Source: Isurus oxyrinchus (taxonomy: Eukaryota). From it: a stretch of 64,000 nucleotides of DNA. Location of the stretch: NCBI GenBank assembly GCA_026770705.1, contig JANJGN010000121.1, positions 124,001-188,000 on the forward strand, written 5' to 3'. Positions 36,435 through 49,734 of this stretch are shown piece by piece. Made by a program: the position numbers and the translations under genes. Below the pieces are notes generated by a model. The model was given only the letters and a program-made list of their open reading frames with translations, had not been told where the DNA came from and ran no database searches. Within the stretch, counting starts at the first letter, position 1. Each line of letters begins with the position of its first letter.

Positions 36435-37050
36435 GATGGGGAGGGTTACAGGGGCTGGAGGAGGTTACAGAGATAGGGAGGGTTGTAGGGGCTGGAGGAG
36501 GTTACAGAGATAAGGAGTGTTGTAGGGGCTGGAGGAGGTTACATAGATAGGGAGGGTTGTAGGTGCTGGAAGCTGTTCCAGAGATAGGGAGGGTTGTAGG
36601 GGCTGGAGGCGGTTACAGGTATAGGGAGGGTTGTAGGGGCTGGAGGATGACACAGAGATAGAGCGAGTTGCAGGGGGTGGAGCAGGTTGTAGAGATAGGG
36701 AGGGTTGTAGGGACTGGAAGAGATTACAGAAATAGGGAGGGTTGTGGTGGTTGGAGGATGTTACAGAGATGGGCAGGATTGTCAAGGCTGGTGGAGGCTT
36801 GGGAGATTATTAGGGTTACAGTTGCTAGAGGAGGTGACATGTATAGGGGTGTTGTCGGGCTGGAGGTTGTTACAGGGATAGGGAGGATTGTATGGGCTTG
36901 TGGAGGAGGTTACAGATATAGGGAGGGTTGTGGGAGGTGGAGGAGGTTACAGAGATGGGGAGGATTGTAGGGGATGGTGGAGGTTACAGAGATAGGGAGG
37001 GTTGTAGGGGCTGGAGGAAAGGGAGAGAGAGAGGAGGTTACAGATATAGG
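36435..37050 (+). repeat. 37-bp satellite (GGAGGGTTGTAGGGGCTGGAGGAGGTTACAGAGATAG)
   Basis: Tandem units; inverted array at 39700-40090. Confidence 0.9.
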
Positions 37051-38139
37051 GAGGGAGACAGTCAGAGAGAGAGCGACAGGGAGAGAGAGAGCGATAGAGA
37101 GATTGAGAGACAGACAGAGACTGAGAGAGGGGGAAGAGAGAAGGAGAGTGAGAGAGAGAGAGAACAAGTGTGAAAGATGGTGGAAGGGAAGAGTGGGGAG
37201 GTGTTGGCCTGTTGGTATTTTCACTGGACCAGTAATCCAGAGACCCAGTGTAATGCTCCTGGGACCCTGGTTAGAATCTCACCACAGCAGTTGGTGGAAT
37301 TTCAATTCAATAAAAACCTGGAATTAAAAGTCCGATGATGACCAGGAAACCATTGCCGATTCTTGTATTTGGGTCACAAATGCCCTTTAGGGAGGGAAAT
37401 CTGCTGTCCTTACCTGGTCTGGCCTACATGTGACTCCAGACCCACAGCAATGTGGTTCACTTTTAAAAAGTGGCCTCTGAACAAGGGCAATTAGGGTTGG
37501 GCAATAAATGCTGGCCTAGGCAGTGATGTCCACATCACATGAAAGAATGAAATAAAAGGACAGAGAGGGACAGACAGAGTCGAGAGACACCCAGAATGAA
37601 AAAAACACAGTAAACACTGGAAAATAAACATTCTGGTCTGATCTGGTCTTGTATACCTTCAAATGGAACACCAGTAAAACAGGGAAATAAGAGTACTGGG
37701 CCAAACTGTTAGAGAGGGGCACATTTAGAGAGAGAGAGAGAGAGAGAAAGAGGGAGACACTGAAAGAGATCAGGACAAGGAAAGAAAGAGTGAGAGAGAG
37801 AGACAGACAGAGACACACAAAGAAGTAGAAAGAAGGTGATAGAGATGAAGCAGGAGAGAATGAGGAGAAAGATAGATAGATAGAGAGAGAGGATGGTAGA
37901 GAAAGAGAACGAGAGGAAAAGAGACAAAGGCAGAATGTGATGGAACACTGAATCCTTGTCTATGCGTTTTGAAATCCAGCCCAGAACTATCATTGGAAGA
38001 TTCAGCGAGTGTCCAGTACAGGGGACCCAGCCCAACCTTCTCATCCTGACCTTCCCAGTGGGGCTGAAGAGGGCAGAGAGGAAACCTTCCTCTGTTATTC
38101 TGTTGTCGAATAAACACAACAATTCTGGAACTCTGCCCT

Positions 38140-38730
38140 TTCTATCTCACGGATTAGAATATAAGGGGGCAGAGGTCATGCTTCAGTCTACATAAAGCCC
38201 TGGCTAGACCACACCTGGAGTCACTGTGAGACATTCTGGGCCCCACACCTTAGGAAGGATATATTGACCTCGGAGGGAGAGCAGTGTCAGTTTACCAGAA
38301 TGAGACCGGGACTCCAAGGGTTAAATCACAAGGAGAGATTAAACACAAACTCGGCTTGTATTCCCTGGAAGTTAGAATGTTAAGCAGGAGATTTGATGAA
38401 AGTTCGCATGATATTAAGGGGAACAGATCGGGGGCGATAAAGAGAAACCATTTCCCCTGGTTGGGGGGAGTCTGGGACTCGGGGTCAGAGCCTAAAAAGG
38501 AATTAAATTAGGAAGTACAAAGGGTGGGAGAAATTTGGAACTCTCTTCCCCAAACAGGAACTGATGCACGATCAAGTTGTTCATTTTAAACCTGTGAGAC
38601 TGATAGATTTTTGTTATCCAAAGGTATTAAAGGAGATGGGACAAAGGCATAATGGGCTAGTTTGCAGATCAGCCATGAACTCTTTGAATGGTGGAGCAGG
38701 CTCGAGGGGCCAAATGGCCTCCTCCTACCC
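38140..38730 (+). mobile_element. Degenerate CR1 3' fragment
   Basis: GLEYKGAEVMLQ / LGLYSLE motifs and a gggccaaatggcctcctcct tail. Confidence 0.75.
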
Positions 38731-39699
38731 TTATGTAATAGAAACTTACCTGTCAGAAGCCAGTTTATGTTGATGTGAGTCTGAGTCGATGACTGAACCC
38801 AGTTGGTGACTTGTTCCATACAAAGCAAGAACGTTCATGCCCTTCAATGTTCCTGGATAAACCATGAACAAAGCTGGTGACAGTCTCCACATGGTAAACA
38901 CTGACCGATCAACACATGACATGGCTGTTAACCCCTAAACCTCAGCGTAAATCAGTTCCCCCTCGAGGCCCCTTGTCCGAAATAAAAGCAACGCACACAA
39001 TTTGTAAAATAGTAAGTGTCTGGCAGGAAGGAGGAGCAATGAGAGGAGTAAGGGGTTAGGGGGCGTGCGGTTCACCTGATTTGCCGACATAAGAACCAGC
39101 CCCTATGTTTTTGCTATGTTGTGTTGCGTCAATATGAACACATATTTGCACAAGGTGAAGGGCGTTGCGGAGGGACTGATAGTTCTCGGCGCCAGACAGT
39201 CAATGTCCCAGTGACCTTACTGCTGGTCCCAGGCCAGTGGGACAGGGAACATCGACACTGCAATATCCAGAAATGGGTGTGATACCACACAGCTACCCAC
39301 CCGCGGCTGTCCCCTTCAAGTGTTTCAGGTATAAGAGCAGGAAGCTCCTCTAATTACAAACCAAAGCATCAAAGCAGAGCCAGAAGATCAGAAGAGACAG
39401 GCAGAGATGGGAAGCTCCCAGATGAAATGGCGACTTGTCTTGTTCACTCTGACTTTGCTGCTCTCCCTGCAGCTGAGTCACTTCTTCTCCTTGTCGAGGT
39501 TAAGCTAAGAGATGTCCCTCTGGGTGAGGTGTTTCTTGCACATGACTCTACGTCTACCACCCAGATAGACTGGTCTCTTCCGCAGTTTGATATTATTATG
39601 TTCGTGCCTTTAATATTGTCGCCCTCCATGAATTTAACATCATTTCCTTCTGTCACTTCCCCTGAAATTCTCATTCTTGTTTTCAATCCCTCCTCAGCG

Positions 39700-40090
39700 A
39701 CTCCCTATCTCTGTAACCTCCTCCAGCCCGTACAACCCTCCCTATCTCTGTAAACTCCTCCAGCCCCTACAACCCTCCCTATCTCTGTAACCTCCACCAG
39801 GCCTTACAACCCTCCCTATCTCTGTAACCTCCTCCAGCCCCTACACCCCTCCCTATCTCTGTAACCTCCTCCAGCCCCTACAACCCTCCCTATCTCTGTA
39901 ACTTCCTCCAGCCCCTACAACCCTCCCTATCTCTGTAACCTCCTCCAGCCCGTACAACTCTCCCTATCTCTGTAACCTCCTCCAGCCCCTACAACCCTCC
40001 CTATCTCTGTAACCTCCTCCAGCCCCTACAACCCTCCCTATCTCTGTAACATCCTCCAGCCCCTACAACAATCCCTATCTCTGTAACATC
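39700..40090 (-). repeat. 37-bp satellite, inverted orientation
   Basis: CCCTCCCTATCTCTGTAACCTCCTCCAGCCCCTACAA units. Confidence 0.9.
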
Positions 40091-42349
40091 TTAAATACAT
40101 CGACACTATTCACCTCACGTGACTGTGTTTGTGTCTGTCTTTATGAGCGTGTGTGTGTGACTGTCAATATGTGTGTGTCAATGTGAATGTGTGTGATTGT
40201 GTCAGCGTGTGTGTGTGTATGTGTGACTGTCAGTGCGTGTCAATGTGAATGTGTGTGATTGTGTCAGTGTGTGTGTGTGTGTGTATGTGTGTGTGTGACT
40301 GTGTCAGTGTGTGTCAATGTGAATGAGTGAGTGTGTCAGTGTGTCTGTGTGGGTGTGTGTGACTGTGTCAGTGTGTGTCAATGTGAATGAGTGAGTGTGT
40401 CAGTGTGTCTGTGTGGGTGTGTGTGACTGTGTCAGTGTGTGTCAATGTGAATGAGTGAGTGTGTCAGTGTGTCTGTGTGGGTGTGGGTGTGTGAGTGTGC
40501 AAGTGAATGTGTGAGGAATCTTATGACTAAGTCATTTGAATGGATGTTACTGGGGTTAATGATAGTTAAAATTCAGAGAGATGTAAAGCGGGCTCCTGAT
40601 TTTGCTGCTTTATGCTCCCGGGGACAGATTCACGCCGACAATGTGTTCATGATTCACCATTATCTTGTCGGGACTTTAATTGTAAATATTGTGCTTTGTA
40701 AAAAAAAATGAATAAACTACTTTTGTCTTCACAAAGTGTCTGGCTTGGTATTTCAGGCTACTTGTCTCTCCCTCACCCTCCCCCCCCACCATGCCCCCCA
40801 CACCAGGGAACAATTGTCCCCCCTTCCTCTGAAGTTCTGGGTAAAGATCAGTTTTGTTCAATGCAAGCTGTTCCGACATCGAGAACGTTGTTACAAATAT
40901 CACACAAAGGCCACACGCCATGATAGCCCACTTTCAACAGATTTTACCAGTTGACCAGGTTGAAAACCTTTTCATAAACCACAACGTAGGTGTTCAATTC
41001 TTGCTGCTGTTTGCTTAATGCTCTCATAACTGCTATAACCTCTCTAGTTCCACTACATAACAACACAAACATAAATAAACAGAAGCAGGAGTAGGCCTTT
41101 TGGCCTCCCAAGCCAGCTTGTCCATTCAATTTGAACCTGGCTCCTGCTGAAAGTTATTTAAGTTGAAGCGATAAAGCCATCAGGTGCAGGGATTAAAATG
41201 TAAGCAAAGGAAAAATAATACTTAGAGATGAGATTTAAAATCAGTTTCTGTGAAGAATCATACTGAGGCCATTGCTCTGGATTCCTTCTTTCCAGAGTGA
41301 AGGGTTTAAAACTAGGAGTCACATTCAGCAGCTGCGTTGTCTTCTCTAGTTGACTATTTGGAGGTTGCCTGTAGATGTGAATCAGCAGGTCAGCAGCTTT
41401 GGGGAGTGAGTGAAGGTCCCTTTTATTTACAGGATCTGCCACAGGGTGTGCAGGAATATTCCTGCTGAATTCTGCATCCTTGCATTCATGAAGGGTTTGA
41501 AACTGGAAGTCATATTCAGCAGCTGCAATGGCCTCTGTAGCCAACTGTCTGGAGGTTGCCTGTACAGGTGGACTCAGCAGGTCAACAGCTTTGTAGGGCG
41601 GGGGACACGGGTAGTGAAGGTCCCTTTACTTTAAAGGCTCTGCCAGTGCAACACTTGATGATCCTGGGTCAAAATCATGTATCACCCTCCCCAACAGCAC
41701 TGTGGATGTGCCCTATGGAGGTTCCTTGGCTTCGACAAGCAGCCTACCAGCTCTACTCTCAATTCCTCTTCGCACTTGCTTCCTTCCTCCTCTGGTCTTT
41801 ACTTTGTTATAGTGTTAGTGTCCGCTCTGCCTTTTTTGTTGCTTTCCCAATTCTTCCCACCAACTCTCTCTGGCTTGATCCTTCTCTGTGCTCATCTCAT
41901 TGGTTTGGGTTTCTATCCGTTCATTGACCTGGTGTCATCTGAAACTGGTGCAATCAGGTAGGGGTGGGGGGGTTGGCGCTGGCCGTGGGTGGTGATACAC
42001 GGCTACCTTTTTACCAAAATTCTTTCACGGGATGTGGACAGCGTTTGTTACCTGTTCCTGACTGATCCCTTGAGAAGGGGGTGCTGAGCTGCCTTTTCGA
42101 AGTGCTGCAGTTCGCCTGGTTTGACTGGTCTGTGGCGGGTTTTGATATAACTCAGTGGCTTGCTCGGCCATTTCAGGGGCCAGTTAAGATTCAACCACAT
42201 TGCTGTGGGTCAGGAGTCACACGTAGGCCAGAATGGGTAAGGACGGCAGGTTTCCTTCCCCAAAGGGCATTAGTGACCCAGATGGGTTTTTGCAACAATT
42301 GGCCTTAGTTTCATGGTCACCATTACTGAGACTAGCTTCGCATTCCAGA

Positions 42350-44310
42350 TGTCACATCCAGTCGTGGACAATTAAACAACTCACTGGAGGAGGAGTCTCC
42401 ACAAATATCCCCATCCTCAATGATGGAGGAGCCCAGCACATCGGTGCAAAAGACAAGACTGAAGCATGCGCAACAATCTTCAGCCAGAAGTGCTGAGTGG
42501 CTGATCCATCTCGGCCTCCTCCTGAGGTCCCCAGCATCAGAGATGCCAATCTTTAGCCAATTCGATTAATTCCACGTGACATCAAGAAAGGGCTGAAGGC
42601 ACTGGATATTGCAAAGGCTCCAGGCCCTGACAATATTCTGGCAATAGTACTGAAGACTTGTGCTCCAGAACTTGCTGCGCCCCTAGCCAAGCTTTTCTGG
42701 AATTTTCTAGTACAGCTGCAACACTGGCAACTACCCGGCTATGGGGTACGTCCTGTACACAAAAAGCAGGACAAATCCAACCCAGCCAATTCCCCAGCAG
42801 TCTATTCTTGATCATTACTAAAGTGATGGAAGGGGTCATCAACAGCGCTTGCAAGCAGCACCTGCTTAGCAAGAACCTGCTCACTGACGCTCAGTTTGTG
42901 TTCCACCAGGATCATTCAGCTCCTGGCCTCATTACAGCCTTGGTTCAAACATGCACAAATGAGCTGAACTCCAGAGGTGAGAGGGACTGCCCTTGACATC
43001 AAGGCAGCATTTGACTGAGTGTGGCAAATCAAGGAGCCCGAGCAAAACTGGAGTCAATGGGAATCGGGGGAAAACTCTCCGCTGCTTGGAGTCATACCCA
43101 GCACAAAGGACGATGGTTGTGATTATTGGGGGTCAATCATCTCAGTTCCAGGACATCACTGCAGGAGTTACTCAGGGTAGTGTCCTAGGCTCAAACATCT
43201 TCAACTGCTTCATCAATGACCTTCCTTCCATCATAAGGTCAGAAGTGGGGATGTTTGCTGATATTTGCACAATGTTCAGCACCATTCACAGCTCCTCAGA
43301 TACTGAAGCAAGTTATGTCCAAATGCAGCAAGACCTGGACAACATCCAGGCTTGGGCTGACAGGTGACAAGTAACATTCATGCCACACAAGTACCAGGCA
43401 ATGACCAGCTCCAACAAGAGAGAATCTAATTGAAGGTGCAGAAAATTTGGATTTATGTTCAAGAGCCAGCCAGGACCAGCAGCTAGGGCGCCAAAGCGTA
43501 CACATCCTTACGTGAAAACTTAAAAACCTGTACTAAGGGCTCAGTTGGAAATTTGCAATGAGGAAATGGGAGACACACACACAAGGACACTGGGTGACTT
43601 AATCAAGAAATGGGGAAGGTTATTTCACACCGTCCGATGGCTTTGAACCACATCCAGTCAGCCCCCAGAAACCTTTTGTATCGAACAAACATAGATTCTT
43701 TGCTGTCTCAAAAGGACAATAGCCAGTCTCTGCCCTGTAATTACTGTACAAGAACACAATTATCAGCCCACCGGAGGGTCATTGTGCTGTGGCCTTTGTC
43801 TAACTAATACCATTACCTTGTAACTGAGAGTAAAAATATATAAACTGTGCTCATTTGAACCTCGATGGAGAAGCACCTGGACTGCCCAGCGTTTGCTCCC
43901 CACATGCCTAATAAAGGAACCACTTGAATATTGCATCTGGAGTCCGAGTGTTGAAATTTTGTACCAGAGTATTCCACAGACCATTCATAACCATAGCCCC
44001 TTGACATTCAATGGCATTACCATCAATGAATCCCCCAATATCAACATCCTGGGAGTTACCATTGAGCAGAAACTGAACTGGACCAGCCATATAAACACTG
44101 TGGCTGCAAGAGCAGGTCAGAGGCTGGGAACCCTGCAGACAGTAACTCACCTCCTGACTCCCCAAAGCCTGTCCACCATCTACAACGCACAAGTCAGGAG
44201 TGTGATGGAATACTCTCCACATGCCTGGATGAGTGCAGCTCCAACAACACTCAAGAAGCTCGACACCATCCAGGACAAAGCAGCCCGATTGATTGGCTCC
44301 CCTTCCACAG
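42350..44310 (+). mobile_element. CR1/L2-type LINE RT region interrupted by a solo LTR
   Basis: KAPGPDNI, QFVF..DHSAP, GVTQGSVLG..IF.CFINDL..FADI, NILGVTI.QKLNWTSHI motifs. Confidence 0.88.
43431..43987 (+). mobile_element. ERV-like solo LTR (557 bp)
   Basis: TGAA...TTCA termini, 4-bp TSD TAAT/TAAC, TATATAAA at ~43837, AATAAA at ~43910; splits the LINE. Confidence 0.75.
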
Positions 44311-47049
44311 AGCTAGATAGATTCTTGATTAACAAGGGGGTGAAAGGTCATTGGGGTTAGGCAGGAATGTGAGGTTGAGGTGACAATCAGATCAGCCATG
44401 ATCTTACTGAATGGCGGAGCAGGTTCGAGGGACTGAGTGACCTACTCCTGATCCTAACTCAGATATCCAGATGTTCTCAAAGGCAATTGGGGATGGGCAA
44501 CAAATACTGGCCTAGTCAGCGACACCAACATCCCTGAAATGAATAAGAAAAAAATGTATCAATCAATTAAATTTATTGATTAATCGAATTGAAATTCCTC
44601 CAGCTGCCGTGGTGGGATTTGAACCCGTGCCTTCAAAGCATTCACCTGGGCCTCTGGATCACTGGCCTAGTGCTATTCCCATTGTGCGACTGTCTGCTAT
44701 CATCATGGCTCTTTCACATCGATGTGGAAGTCCTGATAACAGAAGCATTGGACGAGGTACAGAAAGGTGACAAATCAGGAGCTCCATTGCTCAATATGAA
44801 CGGATAATAAAGATAAATGAACATAAACCTTCCAGTCGCTAATTAGGGAGTCACTGTGGAGCCCATGAGTCCCTCGCAGCGCTATTGCAACCTTCTGGAT
44901 CCCCAGTAGGGGACTCGGGGTGCAGCTGTGTCTTCCTCATCATTTGGAAAAGCCGGAATTGTTCGGGTGCCCCTTCAAACAGGCCGAAGATGCAGTGGGT
45001 GATGTCTCCCACAGGCCCTGGGAGACCTCCCCTGCCAATTTGTTTTGTAGCTTATTCTTCAACTGCGACATTGGATCAGCTTGAAAAAGGGTGAGGCTGA
45101 GGCAATACCACCAGGTAAGCTTCTATCCCCTCCCACTTCACCCCCCCACCCCCGTAACCATCACAGTCCCTCCCATCGTGCTGGAGGAGCATAATGTGCA
45201 CATTCCCCTCCTTCCAATCAGTCTCCTCCCTTCCTCTCTAATCCTTGATCTTATTGTGTTCGGGGTTGACATCCCAGTCCTCCTCCCTAGACTGTCTGAT
45301 GTTGACATCCCAATGCCCCATGTAGACCTGACCTCTCTCCAACTAGAGGCCCATTGTACTGTGACTTACAGAGACCACCGGCCCCCCTCGATTCCCACCC
45401 CCACCCCTACTCTCTATATTACCTGCTCCCCACTGACAGGCTGCAGATGCCTCCCCTGACTGGGATTGTGCCACCTGCGGCCTAGTATCAAGCCACCCAC
45501 CCCCAGGACCGACGTGTGTGAGGGACTGACCACGTCCTGCACACCATGCTGGGCACCACCAACCCAGGACTGCCAGGCTCTCCCCACCACACTGGACTGG
45601 GACTAGAATAGGCGTGCCAAGCACAGCTCTCTAAATCGTGGCGCAGACCCACAGCACTCGCAATGTTTTGTGGCCCGAATCCTTGCTGAGGAACTGCCCA
45701 GCACTAAAAGCAAAAAAACTGCAGATGCTGGAAATTCAAAACAGAAACAGAAACAGAAATACCTGGAAAAACTCAGCAGGTCTGGCAGCATCGGCGGAGA
45801 AGTACTGAGGTAGTGCGGCACAGTCGGAGGTTCAGTACTGAGGGAGTGCTGCACTGTCGGAGGGTCTGAGCTGAGGGAGTGCTGCACTGTCGGAGGCTCT
45901 GAACTGAGGGAGTGCTGCACTGTCGGAGGCTCTGAAATGAGGGAGTGCTGCACTGTCGGAGGGTTTGAACTGAGGGAGTGCTGCACTGTCGGAGGGTCTG
46001 AACTGAAGGAGTGCTGCACTGTCGGAGGGTCTGAACTGAGGGAGTGCTGCACTGTTGGAGGGTCTGAAATGAGGGAGTGCTGCACTGATGGAGGGTCTGA
46101 ACTGAGAGAGTGCTGCACTGTCGGAGGTTCTGAACTGAGGGAGTGCTGCACTGTCTGAGGGTTTGGACTGAGGGAGTGCTGCACAGTCGGAGGGTCTGAA
46201 CTGAGGGAGTGCTGCACTGTCGGAGGGTTTGAACTGAGGGAGTGCTGCATTGTCGGAGGGTCTGATCTGAAGGAGTGCTGCACTGTAGGAGGGTCTAATC
46301 TGAGGGAGTGCTGCGCTGTTGGAGGGTCAGTACTGAGGGAGTGCTGCGCTGTCTAAAGAACATTGTACAAATTGCACAAAATTGCATCTGATGCCTGTGT
46401 CTCATGCTAACATGAAGTTCATGCACACATCAGGAATATTTCTCGCTGTTTCTCGACAGCAAGACTGCTTTGATATCACACCAGCCACTGGCAAGTTTGT
46501 GCAGCTACAATGTGACATGTTTACATTGGAAATTTCTATTATAAAGATGGACAGAGGAATTCATCTGATTGGAAAATGTGACAACATGAAGTAATGTCTT
46601 TGAGCCAAGAATTTTGCAGCAAAACAAGAATTTTAATCTTTAAATATCTACAGAACAGCCTGAACATTTTAATCACTTGTGTTAATCAATGTAATTTTAT
46701 TCATAAGCCAAATGCTTCTTACAATCTATCGCAGCATGAAAAAGGTGCAGCATTCAGAAAGCACATTCCAATCAGAGAACAGAGTTTAGCAACGTCACAT
46801 TTCTGTTCATTCCTATTCGACCATGTTGGCTGCACACAGCCAGACAATGCCGTGGTTATGATGTGTCCACACAGCAGGACTGGGGAGCACCAGGTATAAG
46901 GAGAAGTTTCAGCTTGCTGAGGAGAAGAAGGAGAATCTCTCGTTCCAGGTTTCTCTCCGTACATTAAGAAGCAGGCATGCCGATGTTTCATTGCACTCTG
47001 TCTGCTGATGGGAGTCCGCTTGGAAATTGCTGTTTGTGCTGATGGAAAG

Positions 47050-47650
47050 AATAAGCTTTTCATAAATCGAAGGATTGAGTACAAACACAGGGAGGTTATG
47101 CTGAACATTTATAAAGCTCTGGTTAGGTCACAGCTAGAGCATTGTGTCCAGTTCTGGTCTCCTCACTTTGGGAAGGAAGTGAGGGTCCTTGAGAGGGTGG
47201 GGAGGAGATTGAGCAGAATGGGTCCAGGGATGAGGGATTTTAGCTACAAGGTTGGGTTGGAGAAGCTGGGGTTGTTCTCCTTGGAGCAAAGGAGATTGAG
47301 GGGGGATCTGATCGAGGTGTACAAGATGATGATGGGTTTAGATCAGGTAGACAAAGAGAAGCTGTTGCCATTAGCTGATGGGACAAGGACTGGGGGACAC
47401 AGATTGAAGATTTTGGGCAGAGGGGGGATGTGAGGAGGAACTTTTTTACACAGCGAGTGGTAATGAGCTGGAACTCGCTGCCTACGAGGATGGTGGAAGC
47501 GGAGACGATGAACAATTTCAAAAAGAAATTGGATGGACACTTGAGGGGAAATAAACTTGCAGGGATACGGGGATAGAGCGGGGGAATGGGACTGAGTGGA
47601 TTGCTCTACAGAGAGACAACATGGACTCAATGGGCTGAATGGTCTCCCAC
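47050..47650 (+). mobile_element. CR1 LINE 3' fragment
   Basis: IYKALVRSQLEHCVQFWSPH...LGLFSLEQRRLRGDLIEVYK...TGGH. Confidence 0.9.
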
Positions 47651-47777
47651 TGTCCTGGAATGCCTCTCTGATACGAAGGTGATTCTAACCAGGACACTGA
47701 CCTGTTTCATTACACTTAACCCAACATCACACGTTATTTGTCCGCACTGACTGACCAGATTGTTGCTGTACAAAGCT

Positions 47778-47917
47778 TCAAACAGTCTGTCGACTTCCTT
47801 TCACTGTTTGTCTCTCCCAGACACAGACTCCAGCGATAGTGATAACCACAGCCACAAGGAATATCACAGCTCGTATTCCCAGGATCAGGATCACGTGCAG
47901 AATCTCTCCTCCACTGT
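47778..47917 (-). CDS. Gene C TM/terminal exon with intramembrane Arg (SGGEILHVILILGIRAVIFLVAVVITIAGVCVWERQTVKGSRQTV*)
   Basis: ttctctag acceptor, phase 1 matching the Ig donor at 49582; Arg codon at 47871-47873; stop after a ~13-aa tyrosine-free tail. Confidence 0.85.
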
Positions 47918-49581
47918 CTAGAGAACACACAGAAAGAAATCATCACTGACTCTCCGCTTTCAATCTCTCACTCTGGCTGAACAATCAAGCTTCATATCAC
48001 TGCAACATTTGCTGTAATATTGACCCATCCACTGGGATTCAATGTGGAATGAATGTTTTCATTGTCAACACTCTAAGAGTGGACAATCGGAACTTTCCCC
48101 TTAGCGTAGAACATTGGTGAGAATGGATCATTGTGCTGTTGGACTCCCTGTCCAATGTTTCTCTCCATCACTGTGTACAGGATTGTGCTGTAGAAAATTC
48201 TGGAAACGTTTAGTGCAGGGTTGAAATCCATCTCGGACGTGTGTGCGAATCAGGGAGGATCGAGATGGACTCCCCCACGGACTTACACCCCCCGCTTAAT
48301 AAACAGTTCCAATCTTTACCCAGAGAGAGGGGAGAATGTGGAACTCACTCCCACAGGGAGTGGTTGAGGTGAACAGTATCGATGTATTTAAGGGGCAGGA
48401 GGGTCGGTAACCAGAGGGACACAGATTGACGAACCGGAGGGGGAGATGAGGAGAATTTGTTTTGACAGAGCGAGTTGTTGTCATCTGGAAGGTGCTGCCT
48501 GAAAGGGCAGCGGAAGCAGATTCAATAGGAACTTTCAAAAGGGAAATTGGATAAACACTTGAAGGAGGAAGATGGGGGCAAAGTGGAGTGGTGGTTAGTG
48601 GATCTGATTGGATAGAACATTGAAAGACCTGGCACAGGCTCAATGGGCTGAATGGCCTCCTCCTGTGCTGTATCATTCTCCGCTTCCATGATCTCTCCCC
48701 CAGTCAGTAACCACTCCAGATCCCTCTTGAAGGTGACAGAGAAACAGCAACCACCACACCCACTGACAGCACATTCCCGAGGATCACTGCTCTCTGGGAA
48801 AAGATGAACTCCCCAACATCCAGCCTATTCCTGCTTCCTGGAGAGTGTAAACACTTCAGGGAGGCGCTGAGGAAGTTTTCAATAAAATGAATTATCAAAT
48901 CTACCGTTTGAGAAATAATTGAATTCCGATGAACTCCCAGCTTGTGTAGCAAACTGGGAAGTAGATTTGCTTGAAAAGCTGGGAAACACAAGGATTAAGT
49001 GCTACAATGCCACCACTGGTGGGAGGCTGTAACTACAGTGTGACGTTTACATAGGCAGTCATCACTATAAACAGGGGCTTTGGACATAATGGGCACGGAA
49101 ATAGTGAGAACAGGATGTAAGCTTTTCATCAGCAGGAATTCTCTTACTAAACCTCTCCACCTCTCTCTTACTCTCAGATTCACAAAAAAAATCACATAAT
49201 CAGATAAAGAGGAGTTGGGACTAGTTATTCGTCAAAGGGTTAGGTTTCAGGTAGCTCCTTAAAGGGAGAGAGAGAGTTGGAGAAGCAGAGAGTATCTATG
49301 AGTGCCTCTATGCATCTGAGTGTTTGTACGAGTAATTTCCATATTCTTCCATAAATATGAATGGGAACACAAATCCCAGAATTCAGCCCACGCTCCAGTG
49401 CAGTACTGAGGGAGGTCAGGTAACCCATGAGGGAGTATTGTGCTAGTGTGTTTGTTTGTGAGTGTGTCTTTGTGTGTGGTCATATATGTGTGTCTGCACG
49501 TGTCTATTTAGGTCTGTACGTTTGAGGGTGTTTGTGTAGTATTCGAATCTGAGAGAGATGTTGAAGTCTGTGTACACTCAC

Positions 49582-49734
49582 ATTCCACAGTAATGGTTAT
49601 GAACCCCTCCACTGCTCCATGTTCATTCTCTGCCACACACTGATAGTCACCAGTGTCCCTGGATGTAACGTGAGGAATCACCAACCACAGCTCATTGTTG
49701 GAACTTCTTCTGTTCATTGGGACATTAAGATGTC
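49582..49734 (-). pseudogene. Gene C 3' half of the membrane-proximal Ig exon
   Basis: HLNVPMNRRSSNNELWLVIPHVTSRDTGDYQCVAENEHGAVEGFITITVE with intact GTGAGT donor; 5' half replaced by unrelated sequence. Confidence 0.85.
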
